Assembly: GCA_043228905.1 (NCBI GenBank)
Contig: JBHGNT010000014.1
Coordinates: 7,998,001-8,062,000 of the forward strand
Direction of reading: 5' to 3'
Origin: Azolla caroliniana
Taxonomy: Eukaryota; Plantae; Polypodiophyta
DNA: 64,000 bases
Shown: positions 29,146-41,801 of the stretch, in pieces
Position numbering within the stretch: the first letter of the stretch is position 1
How the letters are laid out: the number at the start of each line of letters is the position of its first letter
Made by a program: the position numbers and the translations under genes
The notes under the pieces: model-generated
Database searches by the model: none
The model's input: only the letters and a program-made list of their open reading frames with translations
Told to the model about the DNA's origin: nothing

Positions 29146-29533
29146 TTATCGGCTCAGCTCAACTTGGTTTAGGCTTGAGCCTACCTTAACGGTTTGAGCT
29201 CGGCTCAGCTTGGCTTGAGCCTCGCCAAATTGGCTTGAGCCGTCTCAAGCCGGCTAAGCCGTTTAAGTGATTTAATTAGTAATTACTACAGTTTATTACT
29301 AAAGTCTAAGTTCTAACTTCTAATTAGTCAAGAGTCTAAGTTCCAACTAGTCAGTAGTCACGAGTCACGAGTCTATTGTCTACAGTGTATTGTGTACACA
29401 CAGACTCCAAAGTGACGACTTAGGTATTAGGTAATAAGACTCTAGTCTCTTAACACAGACAGACAACTCAGACTTAGGTAATAGGACTCTCGACACAGAT
29501 AGTGACCAGTCCATCGACACAGATGCGTGCGCA

Positions 29534-29573
<40 letters not shown>

Positions 29574-31437
29574 GTTGCATAGTAGATACTAGAAAGTGGA
29601 AGACGACGACCTGTTGTTGCCGCCTACATGCATCGTGCAATCCCAAGCCTACAAAGTGCATACCTCCATCTATTTTACAAAGCTTACAAGTAAGATTCAC
29701 ATAATTTCACAATATAATTATGCACCTATATGAATAATGATACAGACTATAGTCAATTTAAAATTACTTTACCTCAAGGCTCATATGACATACATTACCC
29801 ACAATCATTGTCACTACAATGTAGACATATATGAAGTAAGATTCACAATACAATTATGCACATATATGAATAATGATACAGTCAAATTGAGCCACAATGT
29901 GGCACAATGTAATAACTCATGATTAGAGTAGGACATTTATATTGTTGGAAAAGATAGGATGAGCTTTTAACATAAAGGAAGAACTAACAATCATCTACAT
30001 AAAGGTAGGTTTTTACTAGCAATATGAGCTTGGCATATTCATATGTAACCAAGTAAAACTAATAATCCATAATGGATTTTAAGTTAACTTATTGATATAA
30101 CAACATTTTATTGTCAGGCACACATAGACACACACACCCACTATTATCTCTTTTGCTAACTCAATTAACACATACACATTATCTCTTTATTGTCCTAAAA
30201 GTTGTATAATGCTCTCTCCCATTTTCATATTATTTGGAAGTAATTGTTTATCAAATTGTGGGTAATGTAATAAGTTACCTCAGATATACTATACTTTTCA
30301 TTTTGGTGATGTAGGAACTTCCTACATCACCAAAATGTAGATGTGTACAAATGGGGCTTACACATGTAGTGTATGGATGGATGTAGTTGCTTGCATGTAG
30401 GTATGTTCTTGTAGATTAATTTTGTAAGCTTTCCAACCATTTTATTTTGGTTATAGGTACATTTCAAAAGAATTCATTATCTTTTATAACCAAAATTTTA
30501 TAGGTACAATAACATACATTGATATGGAAGAGGTAACATCAATATCAGCCCCTAGAGGCAAAACAAAGGCAAGAAAAAGAACTTCATGGACCGAGCAACA
30601 CATGATCTCCATTAAGGACGGAGATGCATATAAGCGTCGATGTGCCTATTGTCACTTGTTGTGGGCAAGCTCTACATCTATAGGTTCTATCGCCAAGCAT
30701 TTATTAGATAAGCATAATATTAATAGCACATCACAACCACAAACTTCTAACAATGTTCTTGTCCAAAGTAACATAGATGCTACTCCATCTACATTAACTA
30801 TATCTCGTACTCTAGAGAAGAAGTTTGATAGTATTGTTGTTAGATACATAGTCACATCAATGCTACCTCATGCACATATTGAGTCTTCTAGTTTTAAGAG
30901 ATTAATGCATGAAGTCTTGCCCACTTATCAACTTAAATCATCTCGTACACTTAAGAGATTAGTGTTACGAATGTATGTTGTTCTTCACAATTTAGTTATT
31001 ACTTATTTGTCCTCACAAAATTTTAGATATGCTATAACATTTGATGGGTGGACAAACAACCGTTTGAAAGGATTTTATCCCGTGACTTTACATTTTGTTT
31101 GTTTCGAGTCTACTAAGCCGGCTAGTGTGCTTTTAGACTTCCTAGATGTCTTTCCGGGAGATGGGGTAGGAAAACGTGTCGGAAAAGCTTTATTCTCCCG
31201 TCTAAAATCATTTAGTATCTCTTCACGTCTTCTATCTACAACTTCTGACGGTGCTAGTGAATCTCTAGTTGCATCAAAAGAATTAGCTAGGTTATTACTT
31301 TGTCATCATGGACAAGACATTTTACAATCATCACATATGTTAAGATGCATGGTGCATACATATCAACTAGGTGTAAAGTCTACATTAGAAGTTATTACTC
31401 CTTCTACTATGAAGTTAAGGAAGACATTACATTCCAT
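29146..31437 (+). mobile_element. 5'-partial hAT DNA transposon: subterminal repeats (29146-29270) and a transposase ORF from 30524 truncated at about 31437
   Basis: BED zinc finger CAYC...W...KHLLDKH; first catalytic D in AITFDGWTN; TTSDGAS; CxxH motif RCMVHTYQL; clustered GGCTTGAGC/GGCTCAGC subterminal motifs. Confidence 0.85.
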
Positions 31438-32820
31438 ACTCGTCGAAGTCCTTCTTTTGCTGGAACTTCACCACGATCCTGGCTTTGTATCTCGGGGGGT
31501 TACCGGCATCTCCTGGTTTCAGCTTGTACACCCACTTGTTTCGGAGTGCCCTCTTTCCTTTCAGTAACTCCACCAATTCGTACGTGTGGTTCTCATGCAG
31601 GGAATCCATCTCGTCCTGCATGGCACTCAACCACTTGTGGCTCTAGGTGTCATCCTTCGCTTCTTCGAAGCTTTCTGGCTCCCCCTCATCGGTTAGCAAC
31701 ACGCGCTCTACATCCGAAAATCTCCGGGGGGGCCTTCTCTCTCTAAGAGGATATCTCCGTCTTTGGCTTTCGACAACTGGCTCTTCTGTTTGTTCTTCAT
31801 CCGAATCCGATTCGGGGTTTCTACTACTTCTTCTTCTGCCGGTTCGGTATCCTCAACGTAACCGGCCGGTTCTTCGAGTGTCAACCAGCTCTTAGTCGGG
31901 TAGGTCCGTATCTCATCGAACCGATCCTTACCGGTCGACTCAGAGTTCATTATCTTCTTCTCCGACTGCCAGTTAGCAAGGGTCTTGTCCTCCATGAAGA
32001 TAATATCTCGACTCTGGAAAACCTTCTTGTCGACCAGATCCCACACTCGGTAGCCGAACTCATCATCGCCGTATCCAAGGAATATGCAAGGCCGGGACTT
32101 TGGATCCAACTTTGCTCTCCGGTCCTTTGCAACATGCACGTAAGCAAGACACCCAAACACCTTCAGGTGCCAGTAAGACACTTCCTTACCGGTCCATACT
32201 CTCTATGGCGTGTCTCCGTCCAAGGGTACTAAGGGTGATATGTTTATCACGTACGTCATTGTCGCCAGCGCCTAAACCCAAAACGTCTTGGGTAACCTTA
32301 CATGTGCCATCATACTTCGGACCCTCTCCATTATGGTCCAGTTCATCCTCTCGGCTAGCCCGTTTAGTTCTGGCGTCTTCGGCATGGTAAATTCGAGCCG
32401 GATTCCCTTCGAGCGGCAATACTCCTCAAACTGCCCCCAGTATTCTCCTCCATTATCTGCTTGAACCGCCTTCAGCTTCCGGCCTATTTCTCTTTCCATT
32501 CTCACGTGGAGCTCCTTGAAGACGAATAACACCTGATCCTTCGTCTTCAACGGTGTGGCCCACAGCTTCCGGCTGTGGTCGTCTATGAACGTCACGAAGT
32601 ACTACGATCCGGCATGTGACTTCGTGTCCACTTGACACACATCGGTATGCACTAGCTCCAGTGGTGCATTACGTCTCATCGGTGGCCTTGAGCGGAAGGA
32701 GGTCTGATTTTGCTTACCGGCCAGGCAGTCGGTGCACTTCTCAAGATGCACGTCTTTCACCAGAATGAGGTTGTCATCGGCAAGCCTCTTCATCCCCTTC
32801 TCGCTCATGTGGCACAACCG
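31438..32820 (-). mobile_element. Internal copia fragment (GAG-pre-integrase to RT start), same family as 43569-48986
   Basis: CHMSEKGMKRL, TFIDDHSRKLW, NGLAERMN and RNKWVYKLKPGDAGNPPRYKAR are near-identical to the intact copy; no LTRs. Confidence 0.9.
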
Positions 32821-35800
32821 TTCACAGACGGTGTGCTAGATGCGGTAGTTGGGCATGAAGTATATAGTTTTTTAGACGGATTTAGCGGCTACAACCAGAT
32901 TTGAATGCACCTGGCAGATCAAGAGAAAACGGCTTAATTTACCGAATGGGGGGTGTTTGTGGCAGTTGTAATGATGTTTGGGCTAAAAACGACACCGACA
33001 ACTTTTCAATGAATCATCATGGAAATATCTGGGGAGTATATCCCAGCATTCATGCAGGTTTTTTTAGATGATTTTGCGGTGTAGAGCCGACAAGATGAAC
33101 ACTTGGATCACCTCCGGTTATGCTTGGAGAAATGTTGGGAATACCGACTGAGCCTGAATTTGGCAAAGTGCATGTTCGGAGTAACAAGTGGCATTTTGTT
33201 GGGCCACATTGTGAGTAAGGAGGGAATTGTGGTCGACCCCGACAAGGTGAGGGAAATCTTGGAAGCACCCGCACCAAATAACGTAAAAGCCCTGAGCCAG
33301 TTTTTAGGACAAATCCGGTGGCATAGCCGAATGATACGACACTTGGCTGACTTCGCGACACCACTACATGCAGCAGTGCACCGATTGCCCTTCCAATGGG
33401 TGGAGCAGGAGGAAAAGGCCTATCAAGCATTAAAGGTAATGTTGTCACAAGCCCCGGTGGTGCAACCTCCTCGACTGGATGAAGAGTTTCCATGTGTTTG
33501 TCAACGCCTCAGACATAGCAATCGACAATGTCCTAATGAAACTCACCGAACCAAAGTGGTACCGACCAGTGTACTATGCAAGTCGGAATCTCTCGAAGGC
33601 CGAACACAACTACTCCACAACGGAAAGGGAGGCTCTCGGAATGGTGTATAGCGTAACCAAGTACCGACACTACTTGCTAGGGCGGAAGTTTTCATTTCAC
33701 GTGGACCACTTAGCACTGATCTACTTGGTGTCTAAGGCGTCGCTAACCAGGAAAATAGCAAGATGGACACTACTGTTGTAGGAATTTGAGTTCGACATCT
33801 ACCACCGATCCGGGGGGCAGCACGCGGTAGTCGATTACTTGAGCCGGCTAGAATCTGGTGAAGCAGGGGACGGAGTACGAGACTAGTTCCCCAATGCCGA
33901 GTTATTCAGGGTAATAGAAGAACCGGCAACCAACTCAATAGTCGCCAAGGAGGACAAGTGGCTTACAAACATGCACCAGTTCCTGCTGAGCACCGGATTT
34001 CCTCCTGACAAAATGGATCGAGACGAACGGAAGAGATTAGCGGTCTGAGGCTGCCACTTTTGCCTCATCCAGGATACCCTATATCACAAAGGGCAGACAG
34101 AATTTGGCGGCGGGCGGTGTACAATGACGAAAAAGAAACGATTTTAAGAGAAGCCCACAACGGAATAGCCGGAGCACACTATGTCGGCGACGCGACAACC
34201 CGCAAAATATGGCAAAGCAGGTTATGGTGGCTGACAACCTTAAAAGACGCCATTAGGTACAATAAGGAATGCAACCTTTGCCAACGATTAGGCCAACCAA
34301 CGGAGTAGGCCCGAATGCCCCATCACCCGGTATTACCATTAGAACCATTCTAGAAATGGGGACTGGACTTTGTCAAACCATTCAAACCACCGACGATGAG
34401 GACCGGTAATAGATACATTATCATGGGCATCGACTACTGCACGAAATGGGTGGAAGCAAAGGCACTCAGGGATAATATGGCGGCATCCACAACAAAGTTT
34501 CTATACGAGTTTATATGGTGCTGCTATGGCTGTCCGATTGAACTAATAAGCGATCAAGGAGGACACTTCCTGGGCTAAGTTGTGGAGAGCCTCATGTCAT
34601 TTTATGCGATCTTCCACAAACGTACGTAGTACCTCGTACTACCCATAGGAAAACGGACTGGCCGAATCCACAAACGAGACACTAGAGGAGTCAAAGAACG
34701 CCTCTAGTTGACGAGTTTACGAATCCAAGTCAAAGAACGCCTGAGTGAAAAGGAGTCAGTGAGGATCCGGTTGGCAACGTTGTGCGAACTAGAGGAACAT
34801 CGGATAGCTAGCTTACTACAAATAGAGCTAGAGCAAAGACGACGGAAAGCCTTTGTGGACAGGCATTGACGCGGCACCGAGAAGGAGTTCGGCATCGGAA
34901 AACCGGTCTTAGTTTTCTAGACTCGGATGGGCAACATGCCGGGGAAATTACAGTTTCGGTGGACCGGCCCATGCTGGATAACAAGGGAGTTTAATGGGTC
35001 CTACCAACTAGGCACGTTAGCCGGTGAACTTCTAAGCAAATGGGTCAATGGATTCCGACCGAAGCTGTGCAAAGGACAGATGCCGGAAAATCCATTTAAA
35101 GATGAAGCAAACCCACAAAATACCGGAAACCGGACAAAAGGCGGGACGACACCGTCAGAAAGCGGGGAGGCACTGGAGGCAACCGACTCGGTGGAACCAG
35201 TCACGACCGACAAGTAAGGTCAAAAAAAGAAAAAAGGCGAGAAGAGGACAATCATCATGCAAAAAGGTGGAGGAAGCAAAAGGTGGGATGACTATTATTA
35301 GAGCAAAAGATATTATTGCGAACAGACGCCAATAAAAAGGCAGAGGCGGCTATTAAAAGCACAGGACCAGGGTACACATACTAATTATGGTCCAGAGCGT
35401 GCAAGCGCGAGAACTGAGAACTGGAAATTCAAGAACATGGGGGTACAAAATCAAAGGCCAAACGAGGGAATGTCCTTTAGAGAACTTCGACTGTGGCGAG
35501 CGCAGAAAAACACACGAACCGTCAGACACACAAAGCACAACCCCTTCTCAAAGAAGCACACCGACAACGACGAAGAAGACTCAGGTCCCATGGTGCTCTC
35601 CAATACAACACGCAAATGGTTCACCAAGAACGGACTCGAGGGATTCCTTCGAATCACAGATGCACCACCGCATGAAGAACCGGAACAGGTCGCACCAACT
35701 ATCAACCTTGTAGAAATAACGGAAGGCACAATCCAAGCCCTTACAGGATTACACATGGGACTTTGATCAGTGGAGAGCCCATCCACCGAGACATTATTCG

Positions 35801-36790
35801 AGTATTTTGGTGAGTATTCCCTTAGCAGCAAGGCATACCAAACACAAGGGGGAGAAGACCCTCTATTTCGGGAGGTGGATTGGGTGAAGATCATCACCGA
35901 ATTCTTGAAAGCCACCATAGAATTTGTGGTGGAAGGGAAGAAATCTTGGACAGGGGTAGCACAGTGGCTAACCTTATTAGTACCCCCCGTTATCACCATC
36001 AAACTGAAAAAGAGGGGCCGACTGGAGACAACGCCAAAGAAAGCAACCAAGAGGCGACAAATCCTAGAAAAGCACACCCCAAGATGGACCCCAAAGGATG
36101 CATCACAACAGGACGAAGGCCAGTGACAAATTCTACAAGATGGATGAAGAAAGCATCGTCACCATAAGGGAATAACTGTCGGAAGACTTCTTTTCCTTAG
36201 TCGAGGAGCATTTGGGAGCTGTCTGGGGTCTTGTGGAAAGGTTGGATGACGACCAGCTCAGCACTCAATTGCAATTGGAAAAGTACGAGCGAGAGCGTCA
36301 GCAGCAGGAAGCCGTGGAACAAACAACACCCATCACCATAAGTGATGAGGAGTAGCCGGCAGAAGGGGCCACAAAGGACAGGATGGGCTGCCACAAACGA
36401 CAACCCGTGAAAAGCCGAGGATCGCAACTGAAGGAGAGACAATCGCTGAAGCAGAGGAGTCGCCCCCAAAGGAAGTCGGGGAAACAATAGAAGCAACTGT
36501 AGCAGTAGAGCACTCGGGTGACACCGGTGACAGAAGAGATCCCGACGCCGAAGCAGAGCAACAAGTACCGGAGGAGAGCAAAGCTGGAGAACCGGTACAA
36601 CAGGTGCCAACGAGAGTCGAAGAATCGGAGCAACCACTCCACCCGGACTCGGACATAGCGGCAGGGGCAGAGCAGCAGCAGAACAAAGTACCACTCGACC
36701 CTCTAGAGCAAAGTCTGTTGGATATTTTGGACGAAGAGTGAGGCAACTGTGTGGGTTCGAAGTGCAACGCACTTTCCCATGGACGTGCCA
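32820..36790 (+). mobile_element. Degenerate non-chromovirus Ty3/gypsy (Athila/Tat-like): RT-RNase H-integrase about 32820-35217, plus an extra 3' ORF about 35430-36790
   Basis: YSFLDGFSGYNQI, FLDDF, YSTTEREAL, HHCC finger (AHNG..GAH...CNLCQ), DYCTKWVEA, ISDQG and FRWTGP; many stops. Confidence 0.88.
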
Positions 36791-36792
36791 TG

Positions 36793-37170
36793 TGTTGGTC
36801 GGTTAAGGGCCAAAGGATATGTGGGAAAAGGGCGGGTCAGAGAAATATATATATTTAGAATTAGATAGAATTATTACTCGAAGGGATAGATCTGGTAAGT
36901 TGTACCAATACAGATCTGAACCGATTCATAACCGGTTGCTGATAGGGCATCATTTTTTAATGACACCGGATTCCTATAAAAGGATCCGACCTGATGTAAT
37001 GTTTACAGAAGTAATAGAAGATAATATATATATATATCGAGTAATTCATGCTTACGTCTTGTATACTTGCGTCTGTGGTTAATATTAAGATCCTAACCTT
37101 ACCACCCCTTTGGAGAAGTGTTCCGGGAGAGAACACATTGTGTTGTGGCTAGTCCGGCCAAGGATCAACA
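36793..37170 (+). repeat. LTR-like segment
   Basis: Inverted termini TGTTGGTC...GATCAACA and an internal CCTATAAAAGG TATA box; no matching TSD or clear PPT. Confidence 0.55.
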
Positions 37171-38631
37171 TCTGTCTTAGTACTGTTCCTAACAATTTGA
37201 ACCGATTTTCCTCATCCTCTTACCCCTCCTTCCTTTCATACTAATCCTCTTATCGTCCCTAGTAAAATGGCAACTGTTAGTGCTAAGGAATACCAATCTG
37301 TTTTCTTGGAGCTTCAGTGCTTAAAAGAGAAGTTTGTAACACTAGAACAAGAAAATCACCGTCTATTGGGGGATCTTCAACAAATAGCTTTAGAAAAGCA
37401 ACAACACCGGGAGTTGATGTTACGTGAACAACTTGAAGAGACTATTGTATCACTACAACAACAAGGATCAAGCACTCAAGGGACTCACAAAGAACCCAAG
37501 ATCGGACTTCCTATGAAATTTGATGGGACCCGATCACAACTCAGAGGTTTCCTTAATCAGGTATGCTTAGTGATTCAAATGCATCCTTCTCGATATCCCA
37601 CTGATGCATCACGAGTGGGACTAGTAGGCACGCTACTTAGTGGCACGACTTTGGCATGGTTTCCCCCCCTGTTAGAAAAAATCTCTCCCTTGTTAAATAA
37701 TTTCGAAGAGTTTATTATCTAGTTTAAAGCCTATTTTGGAGATACCGACAATGTTAGGACGACAATCAACAAAATCCAAAGATTGCGCCGAGGTGGGTGA
37801 ACGGCCTCGACTTATGCTGCGGATTTCCGTCTTCTCACCACCGATATTCCCTGGGATGAGCAAACATTAATGGAGCAATTTCGTTTTGGCCTACGTAATG
37901 ATGTCAAGGATTTACTCTTAACTTTCCCCTAAAACCCAAAGTCATTGACAAAAGCAATCAGTTGCACGGTGCGATGCGATAACCGTCTTTTCGAACGACA
38001 TTCGGAACGTCAGTTCCAATTGCCAAGGATAAGATCAGAGCCCACCTACGCCTCATTTGTAGCAAAACCTTTTCCAAGGGAGTCATATAATGTGTCTCTA
38101 GCAAATACTCCAACTCCGATGGAAATCGACACCACACATCGTTGTGGACCATTATCGAAAGAGGAAAAGTAGCGATGCCTAGCAAATCGACTATGTCTCT
38201 ATTGCGGTGGTCCATGGCATATTGCGGTAAACGGTCCCCATACGCCAAGATAAAAGGTAAACCAAATAGTCGCTAGTTCTAATTGTACTAAACCCGAGTC
38301 TATTTCAGTAGGAATATCTGATTGTCCTAATAGTACAAATAACCCAAGCCTTTCAAACAAATTTGAAATCCTTAGTCAACTAGAAGAAGAGTTAAATGAT
38401 TAAGTTCAGCCAAAATAGGAGCCGTTTGGTTGGACAACCCTAGATCTGTGTAGCCCATTAGTGGTTCCGTTTCCTCTAAGCAAGTTAGCAATGTGTTCTT
38501 AACTCAAGTAATGGTTAGTACTAAAAGTATTCCTCCAGTACATGTCTTAACACTCTTGGATTCAGGCGCCAACTCTTGCTTTATGGATAGGAAATTTGCC
38601 CAAGCTCATCAGATATCCCTAAGAAAACTTT
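37171..38631 (+). mobile_element. Second, older Tcn1-like chromovirus copy: LTR tail 37171-37194, PBS, gag 37267-38403 and protease; its RT apparently resumes at 49906-50170
   Basis: MATVSAKEYQSVF...KEPKIGLPMKFDGTRSQLRGF and LLDSGANSCF are homologous to the 53043-58545 element; AFRTRYG...MPFGLTNAP...YLDDLL appears at 49906-50170. Confidence 0.88.
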
Positions 38632-38973
38632 CAAATTCTCCCGCTTCGCTTGATTGCTTGAGGATGCCATGTCCAAGTATCGGTTGATCCTCGACTTGAT
38701 CCTTCCAACCGGCTCTTTCACGTCGGGTTCACCACTTAATTATGTCGTGAAGATCTGTCACTACGTGCGGATCGTGAGGAGGAATCACTGGGGTCTTGGA
38801 CCGGAAGGATTCGAAGTTTGCCCTAACTTTAGCAAGAAAGTATTTAAGATAGATTGGGAGAGATTGATATGACAAAAGAGAGATATTGGGATAAAGATTC
38901 AACTTTTAACTTTTAGATTTAAGAGATAACATACATCAACAATAGGATTACAAGTTTCTTATTTTTCCCAAAT

Positions 38974-39328
38974 TGTTGAGCAGCAAGCTCAATCGGATCT
39001 GGATCGATTGAATAAGCCTAAACCGGATCAACATCTGGAAGGATGAGCCGGATTGGTGAGTTGGTGAGCTGGGGAGCCGGTTAGCTAGATCCAACAGTAA
39101 TCGGAAGCCTAGTAGCAGCCTAGACTATGAGGTAGTTAATGTTTCGTAGTTAGTGTCAGATGCTAGTGTGAGCTTTGAAGTACACCGTACTTCTATCAGT
39201 CCTCTTAGGACTTGTATAAATAGTGTTGTTGAGCACGTTGTATGTACAGAGTATTTGTACAGAGTTGATGATAATAGATTTAAGCGATTCTGCTCTTTCT
39301 CTGTCTCTTCTACGTAGCTTCTGTGTGT

Positions 39329-39371
<43 letters not shown>

Positions 39372-39421
39372 GCTCTCCGGCTAAGCCAGTTGTCTAAAGC
39401 TTCCGCACCTTCGTTTTTTTA
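38974..39421 (+). mobile_element. Solo LTR with 5-bp TSD CAAAT
   Basis: Absent from the sister LTR (empty site CCAAATTTTTCATT at 49081); starts TGTTGAG and contains TATAAATA and a CT microsatellite. Confidence 0.8.
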
Positions 39422-41801
39422 CAAATTTTTCATTCATTTCATTTGTTTGATTCCTCCACTCTTTTATAGATGCCCCCATGCATATAGTGCATGTGAGGGT
39501 GCAAGACATGCACGTAATGCATGAAATGCATACAATGCAAGCTTGCCATGTCATCATCTAAGCTTTCATGTATGAGAATTTACATGTAAAAGTATAATGA
39601 TAAAAATATAGCTTCTAAGGAAATGACTTGTCTTAGTGGTAAGTATATTGCATCCTATTTTGGAGGTGCAAGGTTCATGCCTTGCTCACATCCCTTTTAA
39701 AACACAAAATACTACTAAGCTTTTGGTCTTGTATTTACACCGAAAATCTTCAAAGCACCATGCACTACGATCAACCGACCGATCCGTCTATCCCGACCGG
39801 TTCAATCCGATCCAGATCTGATCTTGTCCGTCGCCATACGGCTCCGGTCTCGGTCGTCGGTTGTCGTCTCGCCGGTCTCGGTCACCGGTTGTCGTTTCGT
39901 TGGTCCCGGTCTCGGTTGCCGGTTGCCGTCTCGCCATCTCGCCGCCTCGCCGGATCCGTCTGAGTGTGGAGAAAACCTAGCCGTGATTGTTGTCGATGCT
40001 TATTGTCCTTTTCATAGTCGTCTCCTCGATGTTGGTTTTAGTGGCTAGATCCTCCATCATGTTGATGTCACACTCTTTATCTCCCTTAATGCAAGCTTCG
40101 ATTAAGCTTGCTCCTTCATCATCCGTTGTTTCGAAAACGTCTATCCGATCCCGTTTGTCCCGATTGGTTCAATCCGATCCAGATCTGATCCTGTCCGTCG
40201 CCATTTGGCTCCGGTCTCGGTTGTCGGTTGCCATCTCGCCGGTCTCAGTCTCGGTCGCCGGTTGCCGTCTCGCCGTCTCGCCGCCTCGCCGGATCCGTCC
40301 GGTCTCCGGTTTCCGGATTCGTCCGGTCGACGCCTCGCTGGATCCGTCTTAGTGTGGAGAAAACCAGTGTGGAGAAAACCTAGCCGTGATCGTTGTCGAC
40401 TTTTATTGTCTTGTTCATAGCCGCCTCCTCGATGTTGGTTTTAATGGCTAGATCCTCCATCATGTTGATCTCACACTCTTTATCACCCTTAATGCAAGCT
40501 TCGATTAAGCTTGCTCCTTCATCATCCGTTGTATCGAAAACGTCTGTCCGGTCCCGTTTGTCCCAATTGGTTCAATCTGATCCAGATCCGATCTTGTCCG
40601 TCGCCGTCTCGCTGGTCCCGTTTGGTTCAAGTAAGCCAAAACCTTACAAGTAGTTAAGCCACACCCATTCATCCGATTAGTTTAGCTCAAGTTACCTTAA
40701 ACATTCTATAATCCACTCATAGACATAAAGTAATAGATTTTGGCCCTGCTTATATACTTTGGGATCCTTATTTGTCCTATCTATGTGGGATATCTCGTAG
40801 TTTTGTTTTTTCTCTTCTTTTTCGCAAACTTCATACCCACATAACTTGCAAATTAGTTGTCTGTTTCTTATGTGGTAAATTGTATTTGAAAGCTCTTGAA
40901 GACCTCAATCTTTTTGTACCAAGATATTAAACTAGTATAAAATAATATCTTCACTATTATTGTTTTATGTTGTGTGTGAAGAACCACACTCGATTTTGTA
41001 CATTCCATTCAATTTTCACACCATTGCCGAAAATCTTCACGACATCCACTTGCACCAAACCGCACGTCCTCCGGTACGGGCCAAGAAGAGAGAATTTGAT
41101 ATTTCGGCTATGGTGATCAGTATGATTACTCCATTTTGAGCATGTTCATTTCTTTCTCTCGAATCATTGTTACCACTCAATCCATCATCATTCGCTTTTT
41201 CTTTGATTTACCATGACTAGTCGTCACGGCCCCTTCTTCTCTTTTCGAACATAATTGTTTAGGCTTTATGCATGTACCAGCTTTGTCCTGGTCATCTCCT
41301 TGCTCAAGGAACTTTAACCCGTCACAAATTTTTGTTTTATGTCTTTCTCCCCAAGGCTTTATCTGAATAATGATATTGACTACTCCATGTAGTATCTTCA
41401 AGTGCATGCCCACTTCGAGATCCTTACGCGACAATGCTCTATATTTCTCACTTTGCTAGATGTTTGATCACATTCTTCAGATCCTGATGGCTCGTTTGGC
41501 CATCGTCATCCCTTGTCATACTTTGCTCAGACTCTTTGTTGTACGCATCAGCTTTTGTCTTTGTGCTTTGCTTGACCTCTTCCTCCCACACATCAGCTTC
41601 AACCCATGCTTCTTCGTCCTCACTATCCTTCTCTTGGGTCTTACATCGGTTAATGCCCAAGTCTCTAGAACAAGTGTGGAGAAATCCATATGTATTTTTC
41701 GGCCACTCCCCAACATCATTATTTGCAGCAGCTTGGACCTTTGCTTCCCCGCCATCATCTTCTGTCTCTTGGGTCTCACATTGGCTTTGAACCACAACTG
41801 C

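Noticed and set aside
30524-31567. Novel 347-aa fusion protein
   Set aside because: The last approximately 40 aa are antisense copia sequence joined by a deletion; the transposase lacks its C-terminal half.
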